Source: Octopus sinensis (Eukaryota). From it: a DNA stretch of 64,000 nt. The first letter of the stretch is position 1. Each line of letters starts with the position of its first letter. The position numbers and the translations under genes are program-made. The notes beneath the pieces are model-generated. The model saw only the letters and a list, made by a program, of their open reading frames with translations, searched no databases and had not been told where the DNA came from. Location: contig NC_042999.1 of assembly GCF_006345805.1 (NCBI RefSeq), positions 5,270,001-5,334,000 of the forward strand, read 5' to 3'. Shown piece after piece: positions 24,690-36,879 of this stretch.

Positions 24690-25345
24690 ACCGTCTTCTT
24701 CATCCCAGATAAGGGTCCAGTATTGCAACAGCTTAGATTTCAAGGGATCAGGCCATGTCTAACTTAATAGCACCACCTGATAGGATTATCTATATCCTGT
24801 TTAAGTCAAGTTTTGTTTATGGTCCATTCAAGTAGTGAGTTGTATCCAGGTATGGGTGGCTTATCTGGTATTCCTTGAAGAAACCTGTCCAGACTCCGTC
24901 TAAAGGTGATGGGATCCTTTTCCTCTTTAATCAGTTTTGGGACAATGTTAAACAGGGCAGGGCCTGTTGAGGAAAAGAAATTATGTTGCAGTTTACCTAT
25001 ATGCTGTGATCCTGAATTGATCAGGGGACGTATGGCCCATGGTCCCAGCCTTGGATGAACCTTGAAACTAATGTCCAGGTCGTTTGGGCAATGCTGGCGG
25101 TGTATTCTCCACATCGTACAAATGATGTACCGTTCGCGGCAACGCTGGAGAGAGTAGAGTTTCAAGGTTTTAAGGCGGTCCCAGTAATCGAGATCAGTCA
25201 TGCCTTCAATTCGTTTAGTGAGTGCCTTCTGGGGTGATTCAATCCTCAAAGTGTTTTGTTTTGTATGGGGAGACCACAAGGGGTAGCAGTATTCGAGGTG
25301 TGGCCGTACAAAGGAGGAGAAAAGTGGAATGTGGCCGTACAAAGG
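24690..25345 (-). mobile_element. CR1-like LINE 3' fragment
   Basis: FVRPHLEYCYPLWSPH...DYWDRLKTLKLYSLQRCRERY, typical of CR1/L2-group RT C-termini. Confidence 0.88.
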
Positions 25346-25350
25346 AATAT

Positions 25351-25752
25351 TCTTTTACTTGTTTCAGTCTTTTGACTGCGGCCATGCTGGATCACCGTTT
25401 GAAGGCTTTTAGTCTGATAATTCAACCTCAGGACTTATTATTTTCAAGCCTAGTACTTATTCCACGGGTCTCTTTTGCCGAACCGCTAAGTTACGGTGAC
25501 GTAAACACATCAAAACCGGTTGTCAAACGGAGATGGGGGATGGACAAACACAGACTCAAAGACACACACACAAATATATATATATATATACACACGACGA
25601 GCTTCTTTCAGTTTCCGTCTACCAAATCCACTCACAAAGCTTTGGTCGGTTCGAGGCTATAGGAGAAGACATTTGGTCAAGGTGCCAAGCAGTGGGACTG
25701 AACCTGGAACCACGTGGTTAGGAAGCAAGCTTCTTATCACACAGCCATGCCT
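25351..25752 (-). mobile_element. SINE family A, full length
   Basis: Reverse complement of family A. Confidence 0.88.
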
Positions 25753-25829
25753 GATACACACACACACACACACACACACACATTCCTCCTCCTCGTCTAC
25801 GGTAAATCAGTTGCAGTGGAAGAAAGGCA

Positions 25830-27430
25830 GCTGACGTTTGTGGAATCTAAGGGGAGATAATCAAGAAAGGGGGCCTGCTGAAATCTCGTCCTTGTGGCAG
25901 ATCCTCTGCTCAGTTTGGAGCAATGACATCATAGCACCTGCCTGGAAGAAGGGCATAATTATCCCTCTCTGGCAAGGTAAAAGTGAGCGCCAAGACTTCC
26001 TCGACTATAGAACTGTCACACCCATCCCCGTGTCCGGCAAGGTTTTTGCCAGTGTCATTCTAAACACCGTGCGAAATTATTTGCCTGCCTCTTAGCGGCC
26101 GGAGCAGTCGGGATTTAAACTAAAGAAGTTAAATACAGACAGGATTCTGGTTCCACGGATATGCATCAAACGGAGGCGAAGTTTGCGGTGGGAGCTGTTT
26201 GTAATTTATGCCAGCCTCCATAAGGTGTTTGACTCAATGGACAAGGATGTGCTCTGGACGATTCTGGAGCTGCGAAGTACCCTTTCCTGGCTGATTGGGC
26301 TGATACTGGAACAGTGAGCTGGTACATGTATACTGGAACAATGAGCACAGGTCAGATTGGAGACTCAACATCTGACTTTTCCCCGGAGGGATATGAAGTC
26401 CGTCAGGGTTATGTCTTGACTCAAACTCTGTTCGATGCCTGCATGGATCGGTTACTTGGCCGAATTGTGGCTAGATCGAGTTGTGGTGCACTCGTTGGTG
26501 AAACTAGGATTACAAACCTAGATTTTGCTGATGACACAGTTATTTTTGCTGAGTCTATGGATGTTTTGAGGAGTGTTCTTTCACTAAGCGAGGAAGCGGA
26601 ACTACTTGGCCTCAGAGTCTCTTGAGTCGAGACAAAGATCCAGTCTTTCCTGTTGTGGGCGAGAATGTGCAGTTTGTTGGCCGCTTCACTTATCTCGGCA
26701 ATGAGATTCATAGTGGTATTAGTTGCAAGCCCGAAATCTTAAAAAGACTTGGACCAGCTGGTACAGTTGTGGACTCACTGGACAAGCGTGTTTAGTGCTG
26801 TCGATATTTGTACAGGAGTACAAAGATTGGGGGTCTTCAGGCCTTTGGTCCTCTCTGTCTTTCTTTGTAGTTGCAAGATTTGGACACTGTCCAGGGCCCT
26901 TAGCAACCACATGAACTCCTTTGGTACCAGGATACTTCACAGGATTATGGGTTATCGTTGGACAGATTTTGTATCCAGCCAACAACCCTACTCAGAAAGT
27001 AGGATGCGATCTGTTACCTGTATGGAACGGGAGCGACGGTCATGTTGCTCGATTTTCCGAGTTGGACTCTGCATATCGTGTTCTTTTCTCTTAGAATGTG
27101 GATAAGATAGTGGCCTCGTATTATTCGACCGCATGCTACATGGTCACGACTGATGAGGAAGTATTGGGCTGATAGTGATCTTGTATACGGGAACAGTGAA
27201 CGCAGTTCGGATTGGGGGCTCAGCAGTTGACTTTTTTCCCAGTTTGATTTGGGGTCCGTTAGGGTTGTATTTTACTTCCACTCTGTTGAATATCTGCACG
27301 GGTTGGTTACTTGGCCGGATGATGACTCGATCGAGTTGTAGAGTGCTCATTGCTGAAACTAAGATTGCTGACCTGAATTTTGCTGATGATGCGGTACTAA
27401 CTGAGACGCTGTTCGGAGGGTTGCTCTGGA
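25830..27430 (+). mobile_element. RTE-clade (BovB-like) LINE RT region with frameshifts, plus a second fragment (27165-27430) repeating RT domains 4-5
   Basis: WKKGIIIPLWQGK...PEQSGF...VRQGYVLTQTLF...NLDFADD. The second fragment has DLNFADD. Confidence 0.85.
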
Positions 27431-27504
27431 CGACCCGAGCAAATACCGACAAATGATGAATGCAGCGACGCACTACTACGGTGCATGTCCCCATACCTAG
27501 CCAA

Positions 27505-27507
27505 ACT

Positions 27508-27545
<38 letters not shown>

Positions 27546-27594
27546 CACACACACACAACACACACACACACACACAACACACGCACACACACAT

Positions 27595-27645
<51 letters not shown>
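27505..27645. repeat. (CA)n microsatellite
   Basis: Seen directly. Confidence 0.97.
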
Positions 27646-27646
<1 letters not shown>

Positions 27647-27744
27647 CTTGAAGGCTACAGTAATATCGGTATGACGTACTGCCTCCTTTGGACTCGTGGC
27701 CGCTATATCCCATCATACTTCGAAAGCTATGTATTTGTAATCCA

Positions 27745-28400
27745 ACAACGAGAGATTGTTACGAAATATCTTTTAAACAAAAAAGACAGTGAAGCCGTTG
27801 GAGCTCCAAGATGCAACCGAAAGTGCAGATTATGCCAAGTTTATGTGGAAGATATCACATGCGATTATCAGCTGCCCCCCAAATCTCATCAAGGTACTAC
27901 TTACCTATGTAACAAGACGTTATTGTTAAAACAAAATATAAAGCCGAAAAAAAAAGGGGGAAAACTGTCCTAGGATAAATATGGAGATCCCCTGCTTTTG
28001 AATACATACACAAATATGAACACAGGCAATATTGGTGGAACATTCCCGTATAAACTTCTACCATGTGCAAACATAACAGACAGGTATTATTGTTTGGGAC
28101 AGACATATAAAGTTTATACATTCAGAGGTCAGTTGCCCTAATGATGTTCGAAAATCAAAGAGAAAAAAGTATAACTGTGGACAACTGCTTCAAAATCTCC
28201 AGCTTCTAGAAGATTATAAAGTCACATTTATATCAGTAATCTCTGGTGCACTTAGCCCTATGAGTAAATGCCTGAGTGACAATCTGGAAAAGTTGGAGTT
28301 TTCACAAAAGAAATCAACCCGTTAACATGCACATTACAAACACAAGGGGAGCAGCACAAATGTGTATAACTTTTCTAAAAGTTTAAGATGTGAATTTGTT
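27745..28400 (+). mobile_element. R4/Dong-like (RLE) LINE C-terminal fragment
   Basis: Degenerate CCHC knuckle RKCRLCQVYVEDI..IISCPQISSRYYLP, then RLE-like IIVWD..EVSCP and VISGAL remnants. Confidence 0.75.
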
Positions 28401-28859
28401 TTTGTTTTCTACATTCCAGCGAAGGAACTTTGTATCTTTGTTAGAAACCAGCTCCTTCTATACAGGAAGATTTCAAATGATTAAAAGTAGGAGAGGATAT
28501 ACATGCATACATATATAAAGATTCTTTATGGACAACAATTGCGAAAGCTCCAACTGCCCTAAAATTTACATCATTCTTACCAGTAATCATTGGCACACTC
28601 GGTTATGTTAGCAAATGACTAAATCGCAATCTGGAGAAGCTAAGACTTTCAAGCAAAGAAAGAGATCAGGTAACACGATCTTCCCAGTTACAATCAGTAA
28701 GAGGAGCATTAAAAATATGCAACGCATTCGATATTTAGCAATTATCCTCGTTGTTATCCAGACTCGAACGATGAAGCTTTTGTTTGTTAGAAACCAGCTC
28801 CTTTCTTCCAAGGAGAACACGAATAAATAAAAAGAAAAAGACATACATACATAGTAAAG

Positions 28860-29600
28860 AGAGTAATGAGAATATGATCCTCAGAACTCTCAGCTTACAA
28901 AAAGCATATTAACCACAACACCTTTGCAGTGCCTGACCTCTACGCTTGACCTTCTGAACTGGTCACTACAAAACCTCAGTGAGTTAGATGTTCGAACTGG
29001 CAAGCTGTTCAATGTTACAGGAAACTTCAACATCAATGGGAATGTAGACAATCTATACATCCAACTCGAGGTTGGTGGCCGTGGTTTCAAATCTGTTTTG
29101 ATATCATATGAAGAACGTATTGTGACACTGAAACAATATCTACAGCAAAGGAAAGAGGTCAGTTCCTATCTTGCCCGGTTTTTCTTCTTTTTTTTTTCAC
29201 CAAGAAATCAACATAAATAGGATGGCAAATGAACTTGAGGAGAAATAAGAAGTGATACAGATCTCTTCCCAAGGGACATTGGTAAAATATATTTATCAAA
29301 AGAGTAAAATATGCAAAAAATGGACGAATTCACCAAGAAGATAGCATATGGGTACTTGGCACGAAAAACACAAACCATAGAAAGAATTGATCATGTCAAA
29401 AGCATGACAAGTTTATGACATTACACTTCATTACACTTCATGCAGCTTGCATGCAATTCCAGAACAAAAGATCGCTACCAAGTACCAAGTACTGCATAAA
29501 AGGCTGAAAACCTTGACAGACGACAAATACAGGCTTCTAGACATCAATGTGGTCAGAAAAATACAAGAGAAAGAGGATATCTACGTATCATAGATAAGAA
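28860..29600 (+). mobile_element. R4/Dong-like LINE RT-thumb to zinc-knuckle fragment
   Basis: LDLLNWSLQNLSELDVRTGKLFNVTGNFNINGNVDNLYI..GGRGFKS. Confidence 0.75.
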
Positions 29601-29878
29601 GTTTTCAAATCTAGTACCCAAGATAGGCTTTCGGTTTCATACCTATTATTATTGGAACAACAGGATACGCACCAACCAGTCTGGAGCAAAGTATGGCTGA
29701 ACTTAGGTTCTTGGGGAGAGAACGCAGTAACTACTTAATTCATGCATTATAAATAATCACGATATCTGGGACTATGTAAATCTGCAACACTTTGAGATTT
29801 AAAGGATGATGAACAAAACAAGATACTTTCCTTCACAACCTTGATGCCAAATAGATAACCGGTCAAAATTTAATCTAA

Positions 29879-30273
29879 ACTAGCAGTATCGCCCGGCGTT
29901 GCTCGGGTTTGTTTCGACCCTTTAGAATTGGAATTTTGAAAAGTAAAAATTTTACATTATGTAGCTTGTTATTTTCTTTCAGTGAACATTTTTCTGGTTG
30001 AAATACACCGAAAAATGGCGACACAGCAGTCAAAAAATTGTAAAAAATAGGGATTTTCATAGAAAAAAAGCACCTTTTTGATGTAAATAATTTTTGGTGT
30101 TAACATGGTCCGATTTGAATTTTTTCTTCTACAGAAGGAAGAGCAAGCCTTCTTCTATCATACTCTCAATTTTGGTCAACTGGCGCCGCAGGGTCTCAGA
30201 GGAGATAGTGTTAGTTGAAGGCTACCAAACCTGCCATACACAGACAACTTTAGCTTTATATATAGAGAGAGAT
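29879..30273 (+). mobile_element. Helitron/Helentron-like non-autonomous element
   Basis: 5' actagcagtatcgcccggcgttgctcggg (subterminal hairpin) and 3' ctttatatatagagagagat. Near-identical copy at 59101-59492. Confidence 0.7.
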
Positions 30274-30289
30274 TAAGAAGATAAACAGA

Positions 30290-30790
30290 GAACAGACGTG
30301 TTGCGTTCCTATGATACATGACACTGTCACCAAGGTGGCCCACAATGCAGTGCGCAGGAAGGCTTGTCCTGATTGCCATAGCAAAAGGACACCAGGACTA
30401 GAAAGTATCCGCGTCTTTAAAAAACAAAGAATACAGGCGGGACATTTCAATAAAAACAGCAACCCGGTGTAAATATGATTCTGATATGGTTCTGTAGGAC
30501 GGAGAGGAAAAGTCATGCATCGTTGTAGTGATCATCAAAAACTGGGGAAAAGGAGAACGTTTACAGAGAACTAAGGAAAAACCCACAACTCTTATATCCA
30601 GGCCATAAATTTCTATCTGGTTCTGTTGTTACAGCTGCACTGGGCTATGTAACAACAGAGCTGCACAAAAGTTTTGAAAGGCTTGGGTCCCACCACTCAA
30701 AAGAAAAAGAAAAAGAAAAGGAACGAAGAAGATTGATTCGAATTCTCGAAATATAATTGATTGGAGGAAGAGCGAACATTTGTTAAATAT
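30290..30790 (+). mobile_element. R4/Dong-like LINE RLE fragment
   Basis: HDTVTKVAHNAVRRK...ISIKTATRCKYDSDMVL...LYPGHKF...ALGYV remnants. Confidence 0.65.
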
Positions 30791-31427
30791 TTCAAGGATT
30801 CTCCGTTTGAGAATTCCGGGGTGAACATATGTACTCAATCACATGTATATATATGGAATACATATACATGCATACACATAGATAGTAATGGACCATGCAT
30901 TCGTCTTCTGTTGTGACACTCACACGCACGAATGCAAGTTTATCTCCACGCACACACATACGCAAAATACTTATACTTATATACGTTCATCAAGCAATTC
31001 AGGTAACCACAAACCCCAACAGCTGTGGTGACTTAAACGAAAGAGCTTCGCCATTTTGTTAGTAACTGGCTTGAATTCTGCAAAGAAAAAATCCCAAAGA
31101 GTCATTTGTGCAATCGCTAACAAAGCGACAAGGCGTTTTGAGTTAAGAAGGTTCCCAGTGTAAAACCACTGCATCGATGTCGTCTACTAAAGCCGGAATA
31201 CTTTTACTCAGCTGTGTCTTTGTCTCCAGATAATCAATCTGTCTTGCCTTGATTCTTACAATAACGTCAACTTCTTTTTTGAGGTTGGTCTCAGTTACCA
31301 CCAAGCGATTGTTCTACCTTCTCAGGAAGCAAAGAGAATTTCAACAGACCAAGAACTTATGTATTTAATACGCTCTTATTTAAATACACATCACTGGCCA
31401 TTATATCCACACACACTCACTCACACA

Positions 31428-31485
<58 letters not shown>

Positions 31486-32319
31486 TATTCGACCCATATA
31501 TATCGCACACATACATAGATACTTATGTATAAAAACATACACACACACACATATATGCATATACACTCACACACGTATGTGTGAGTGTATATGTGTGGTT
31601 AATACGTTCGTTTCATAATTCCTGTTTCGCGTTTGTCCCTCTGCGTAGTGTCTTGAAAGAATACCCTCTGCCATAGCCTCGGATCGGCCAATGTCTTGTG
31701 AGTGAACTTCGCTGTAGCGGTCGCCATGGCACAAGAATGGGCGCCAACTGATATTCATATTGAAGTACTGATCCTAGATCTGAAACTCTGTTGCTGCAAC
31801 ATAGACTGTTTTCAACAGGCAACTCCACACTACCAACTGAACTGTTTAGCATGAAGTCATTCAGAAACACTTTGGGGATTTTTTGCTCATAGATGCGCCA
31901 TATTTTCTCTTTCCCATTTATACAGCTTTGACAGCGGCCACTCCTCGGAAATGGATGATCAATTTTCTCAACTTACCCTTTTTCATCATCCTTTACTATC
32001 CAGGTCCCGCACAAACCCAAACCTTACTAGTCACTGAGGGCCTGCAAAGGACAAGCATGCAATCCTTTCCTCCGGACAAAACCAGAAAAGAAGAAAAATA
32101 AGTCCTACCTGTTAAACGATTTCTGGGACTGGATTGGATTGGATTGGATTGGATTGGATTGCCTATATTCGGTCCACTACAGGACGAGGGCATCAGCATG
32201 CTCTCTCCACAAGCCACGGTTTGATGTCAAGGCTATGAATTTGAACTTGAGATTATTTAGGTTTGATGAGCCCACTCTGCCACACTGGCTCGACATGGCT
32301 TAGCAGAGGAGTGCAGTTT

Positions 32320-32966
32320 TTATACTCCTACCCAGGAGTAGCTAAGTCAATTACATCGATCCCAGTGTTTATCTGGTACTTATTTTATCGATTGACTGAA
32401 AGGCTAAGTCGGCCTTTGTGAAATTTTAACTTAGAATATGTAGACGGATGAAATACAGCTAAGCACTTTGTCCGGCGTGCTAACGATTCTGCCAGTTCGC
32501 CACTTTAAACGATTTCTAAAACATCTAAAATCAGATAATCCCAGTGGTGAGATGTGGGAGATAGAGAAGGCTGCGAGATGGCAGAAACGTTAGCACACCG
32601 GGCGAAATGCTTAGCGGCATTTCGTCTGCCGTTACGTTCTGAATTCGAATTCCGCCGAGGTCGATTTTTCCTTTCATCTTTTCGGGGTCGATAAATTAAG
32701 TACCAGTTACGCACTGGGGTCGATGTAATCGACTTAATCCGTTTGTCTGTCCTTGTTTGTCCCCTCTGTGTTTATCCCCTTGTGGGTAGTAAAGAAATAG
32801 GTATTTCGTCTGCCGCTACGTTCTGAGTTCAAATTCCGCCGAGGTCGACTTTGCCTTTCATCCTTTCGGAGTCGATAAATTAAGTACCAGTTTGGTACTG
32901 GAGTCGATATAATCGACTGGCCCCCTCCCTCAAAAATTCCGGGCCTTGTACCTAGAGTAGAAAAGA
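32320..32966. mobile_element. Cluster of family B SINEs (one minus copy 32320-32501; tandem plus copies 32569-32966)
   Basis: Family B head and core repeated. Confidence 0.85.
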
Positions 32967-33199
32967 CATGAGAGATAGGAAGTGGGGTGGGGCTGCCTAA
33001 GTAAAGTTTGCAACGTTGGATTCAGTTATACACTAATGCAACAAATATGGCTGGTGAATACCTATTTCCTTATTACCCACAAGGGGCTAAACATAGAGGG
33101 GACAAACAAGGACAGACAAAGGGATTAAGTCGATTACATCGACCCCAGTGCCAAACTGTTTACGTCCCCGGACATATCGTTCGATACGGCATCCAGGGA

Positions 33200-34143
33200 A
33201 AAGGCCACAGGGAGGTTACTGCCTTTTAAACTTCCCCCGCGAGCAAATAGAAGCACTCGTGCAGTCGCTGCCTGTAGTCGCTGCAGGTGAACCGTATTTT
33301 ATTCCCCGCTTCCGGTCCTGGTAGGAAGAAAGGTGTTCAAAGCCCTCGTGGATACGGAATGTACAACGTCTCTCGTGACCCCAAGGGTGACAAAAAATTG
33401 GAAGGGGACGAATAGAGTTCGGGCGGTCGACGGCAGCGAAATTGGATGTAAGAGCAGCAGCGAAATAGAGATAACGGTGCAGGACACAACACTGAGGCTG
33501 CGGGCGATTGTGATCGACCAAGTGGTAGACGGAACTGATGTGGTGGTGAACATGGATCAACCACCTTGGAGGTGTCAGTGTCAATAGAGACGAGGTTTCG
33601 TTGGGTGGTGCAGGAGCATCATCGCTGTGAGCCCGTAACACGAGAGGGGGCAGGTTTCCGCATGGAGTTGTACTGCTTCCACCATTGAGGACAAAGATTT
33701 TCGGGTGGTGTTCGACGGTCAGCGGTGGGCGGTAGAGTGACGCTGGAAGGGGGAGCCCTCGACGCTGAAGAACAGGCTGAGCTGCTACCAGCACACCTTG
33801 AAAGGACATGCCAGGAGTTAAGTGAGGAGATGATCTTTGAGATCAGTGGGGCGTGTGGGGAGGAGGTGAACCGGAAGAAAAGTGGTGTGACGTTAACAGC
33901 CGAGGGGTCGCACCGGAAGAGGGAGAGAGAGGAAGTGAGGGAAGCAAGACCAGTGTGGTCCTCTTTCGGCCTGCGGTATTAGTAGTGACCGGATGCAAGT
34001 GGATGAGCAAGCGAGCAGTGATTTGTCGTAGCAGCTACTATCGTTAGGTAAGACGGGTAGGGCACGTCCTTGGACTTAACACAGCGGGACAGCCAACAAC
34101 GAGAGGCAGGTGAACCGTATTTTATTCCCCGCTTCCGGTCCTG
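33200..34143 (+). mobile_element. Gypsy/Ty3 fragment: retropepsin protease, pol spacer and probable LTR-like segment
   Basis: FKALVDTECTTSLV (degenerate DTG protease) and FRVVFDGQRWAVE-RWKGEP spacer. A purine-rich tract then TGTGGG at ~33855 (LTR call is tentative). Confidence 0.75.
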
Positions 34144-35666
34144 ATGTCTCTAATCTTCCACCGCCCCTCGATCTTAAGATCACGCCTCTTTCATTCTCTT
34201 TCGAAGAGTGGACGACGCTCCCTCTGTAATCTTCGCAAGATTGTGGGACTGGCTCCTCCCTCCCCTTGTCCTTCGTCATCAGAAGAGCTAACAACCTTGC
34301 GAATGTTTAAAATGTGACGCAGCATTCCATCAACTGACACATTATTACGTGAGTTCACTGCCGTCATCCTTTTCTCAACTGGGTCGCACACTGCGTGTCA
34401 GGTGACCTCACCAGCACTTCATCCGTGATCAGAATAGATGCAAACCCTTCATCTTCTTCTTCGAACTGCTGCCGTACCATGCTCGGGTGTCTCCATTCGT
34501 ATTTGAATACAGGTTTTTGTAGAACCGACTTCGCAGATATCCTATCCTGGGCGACCTTCGCCGATAGTGCGTTACATCTATTGCTAACCTCTTCAAGTCT
34601 TCTACCACCCGGATCTTCGTGTTTCATGTATACTTGCACGAGGTCGATAGAGAGAGACTTATCACATCTTGCAACAATTTCCGAACGCTCTTCTTGGTGA
34701 CATGAGGGTCAACTTTCCTGACCCAAAACAGGGTCCTGTCTACTCCTATATGGTGCATGTTATACTGTCCCTTCAGCTCCAGGCCTTCCAGCCGACATGC
34801 AGTGGCCACTTCACTCAGTAACACCTCCGATACTTCCAACCAAGTCTTACTTTTTAATATGGTATAACCATCTGCCTTATTTTTTTATTTTTCTAGAGTC
34901 ACAAAAACTACTTTCATCTTCAAGTCAAATCCAGCAGCTAGCTTTCTCTGAATTACCAGACGGCGCTTGATTATCACCTCCGAGGTCAATTCTGTTCGGA
35001 TTCTCTGATTAGTGATCACTCGTAGCTACCTATCCCGTACCGAGGCCGAATAAATCTGAATTTCCACAGCATGCAGTCCCCGTCCAAGTGCCAACTTCAC
35101 ACCCTTCAAAACAGCGTCCACAGTTTCTTTTTGTTTCGGGTACATACCACCTGCCTTCACCGGATCCTTCATTCTCACTCTCTCCAAGATGTCTTGTATC
35201 TTGGCAACTGTCTTCTATCCCACTTTATCTTCCTAGTTCACTCCTTCACCTCGCGTCTTGGTGTAGCTCTGTGCTCTTCAGAGCCATCCAGTTTCCTTCA
35301 CATTGTGAACAGTTTTCGCCCATTAATGTCCTCGCTTAGATCTTGAATGTTATTTCCTCTCTGAAACACAAGCCTGCCCACCTTAATTCTTTCGAGATTA
35401 CGCCCCAGCGCGGTGCCTCCTTCTGGAGCCTCCAGTGGTTTTGCAATAAACCCGAATCTCCTATGATAACCCGCAATTTCCCATACCGACTTTACACTCT
35501 CATCTGCCAGAATTCCACATACGTAAGAAATGGTAACCTGCTCCAACTTGGCCACTTTCGCCAAGATCGCCTTGAGGAACTTTGCCATAATTTTTGGGGC
35601 TGAACTGGAACTGAATCCCAACCGAGTCAGAGAGTATGTTCTGCCCTCGTACCAGCTGGTGGTAAG
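34144..35666 (-). mobile_element. Gypsy/Ty3 pol fragment (RT, RNase H, integrase), pseudogenised
   Basis: GRTYSLTRLGF..SAPKIM...SYVCGIL (decayed YxDD), DAVLKGVKLAL (RNase H), HHIGVDRTLFWVRKVDP (integrase HHCC region), YEWRHP...NSRNNVSVDGMLRHIL (integrase C-terminus). Confidence 0.85.
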
Positions 35667-35808
35667 AAGCATGCTTCCCAACTATTTGTCCTTGGGTTCA
35701 GTCCCACTGCGCGGCACCTTGGGCAAGTGCCTTCTATTATAGCCCTGCGCCGACCAAAACCTTGTGTGTGGATTTGGTAGACGGAAACTGAAGAAGCATG
35801 TTGTGTAT

Positions 35809-35858
<50 letters not shown>

Positions 35859-36075
35859 ATGCGCGTGTGCCCGTATTTGTCCCCCACTACCGCTTGACAA
35901 CCGGTGCTGCTGTGTTTACGCACAAGTAACTTAGCGGTTCGTTAAAAGAGAGCGATAGAATAAATACCTGGCTCTAAAGAAGTACTGGGGTCGAGTCATT
36001 CATTCAGTTAAAAATTTCCCATGGCCGTGCCCTAGAATGGTTGCAATCCAATGACTGAAACAAGTAAAAGCTAAA
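35667..36075 (+). mobile_element. SINE family A inserted at the end of the Gypsy RT
   Basis: Family A head, core and tail with internal (GT)n. Confidence 0.85.
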
Positions 36076-36089
36076 AGACATCATTTAAA

Positions 36090-36575
36090 TGAGAAGTAAC
36101 TCTATATATTTGGTTTTTGGATTTGCTTTGCAAGATTCTTTATATGAGTTCGTGTGTTGAAGCATATTTTGTTGTGTCTGGGGAGAGTCATTCTCTTTTC
36201 GTGCCTTATATGCAAGCACATAAATATGCAGGATACGTACATACAGATGCACACACATACATACATATATACATATGCATACACACACATATATACATAC
36301 ATACACATACAAACACACACATACATACGCACGTACATGCATGCATGTATAGGCACATACACACACACTCACCCACACACATGCGCACAAACAAACAAAA
36401 AGGAACGCAGTGTAAATAACGGACAGAGTCAAAACTATTGAAAAGGTTGCAAGACGCAACGAAAATTTTAGGAAAATAAAAATAAGAAAAGAAAGTAGAA
36501 TTTTTACCGGTGAGTGTGTTACATAATAAGACACAAAAAGTAAATGATTCTTCCCCAGACACAATAGAATAATTC
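36090..36575. mobile_element. Foldback/MITE-like element, second copy, with internal microsatellite
   Basis: Homologous to 9525-9772. Confidence 0.65.
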
Positions 36576-36879
36576 TATATAACCTAATCAAAATGAAATC
36601 AACGAGATTTACGGCTTAGCGAGAAACTGAGGGGCAACGCTCGAGTAATACAATGGCAGAGAATATTTAATGAAAGTATATTTATTCATACAGTATCTTT
36701 TAAGTGCAAGGGGCTCAAGGCGAGGATATACTATGTGTCGTGTGTAACTTTATTCAAGGATTTATCGTCAATCAAAATAATGATCGCTAATGAGTGAAGT
36801 AAGGATCTAAATAATGAATGAGGAAAAAATAAGTTGGAAGAATAATGAATTTACAGCCATTTACCAGACAAGTTAAAAC

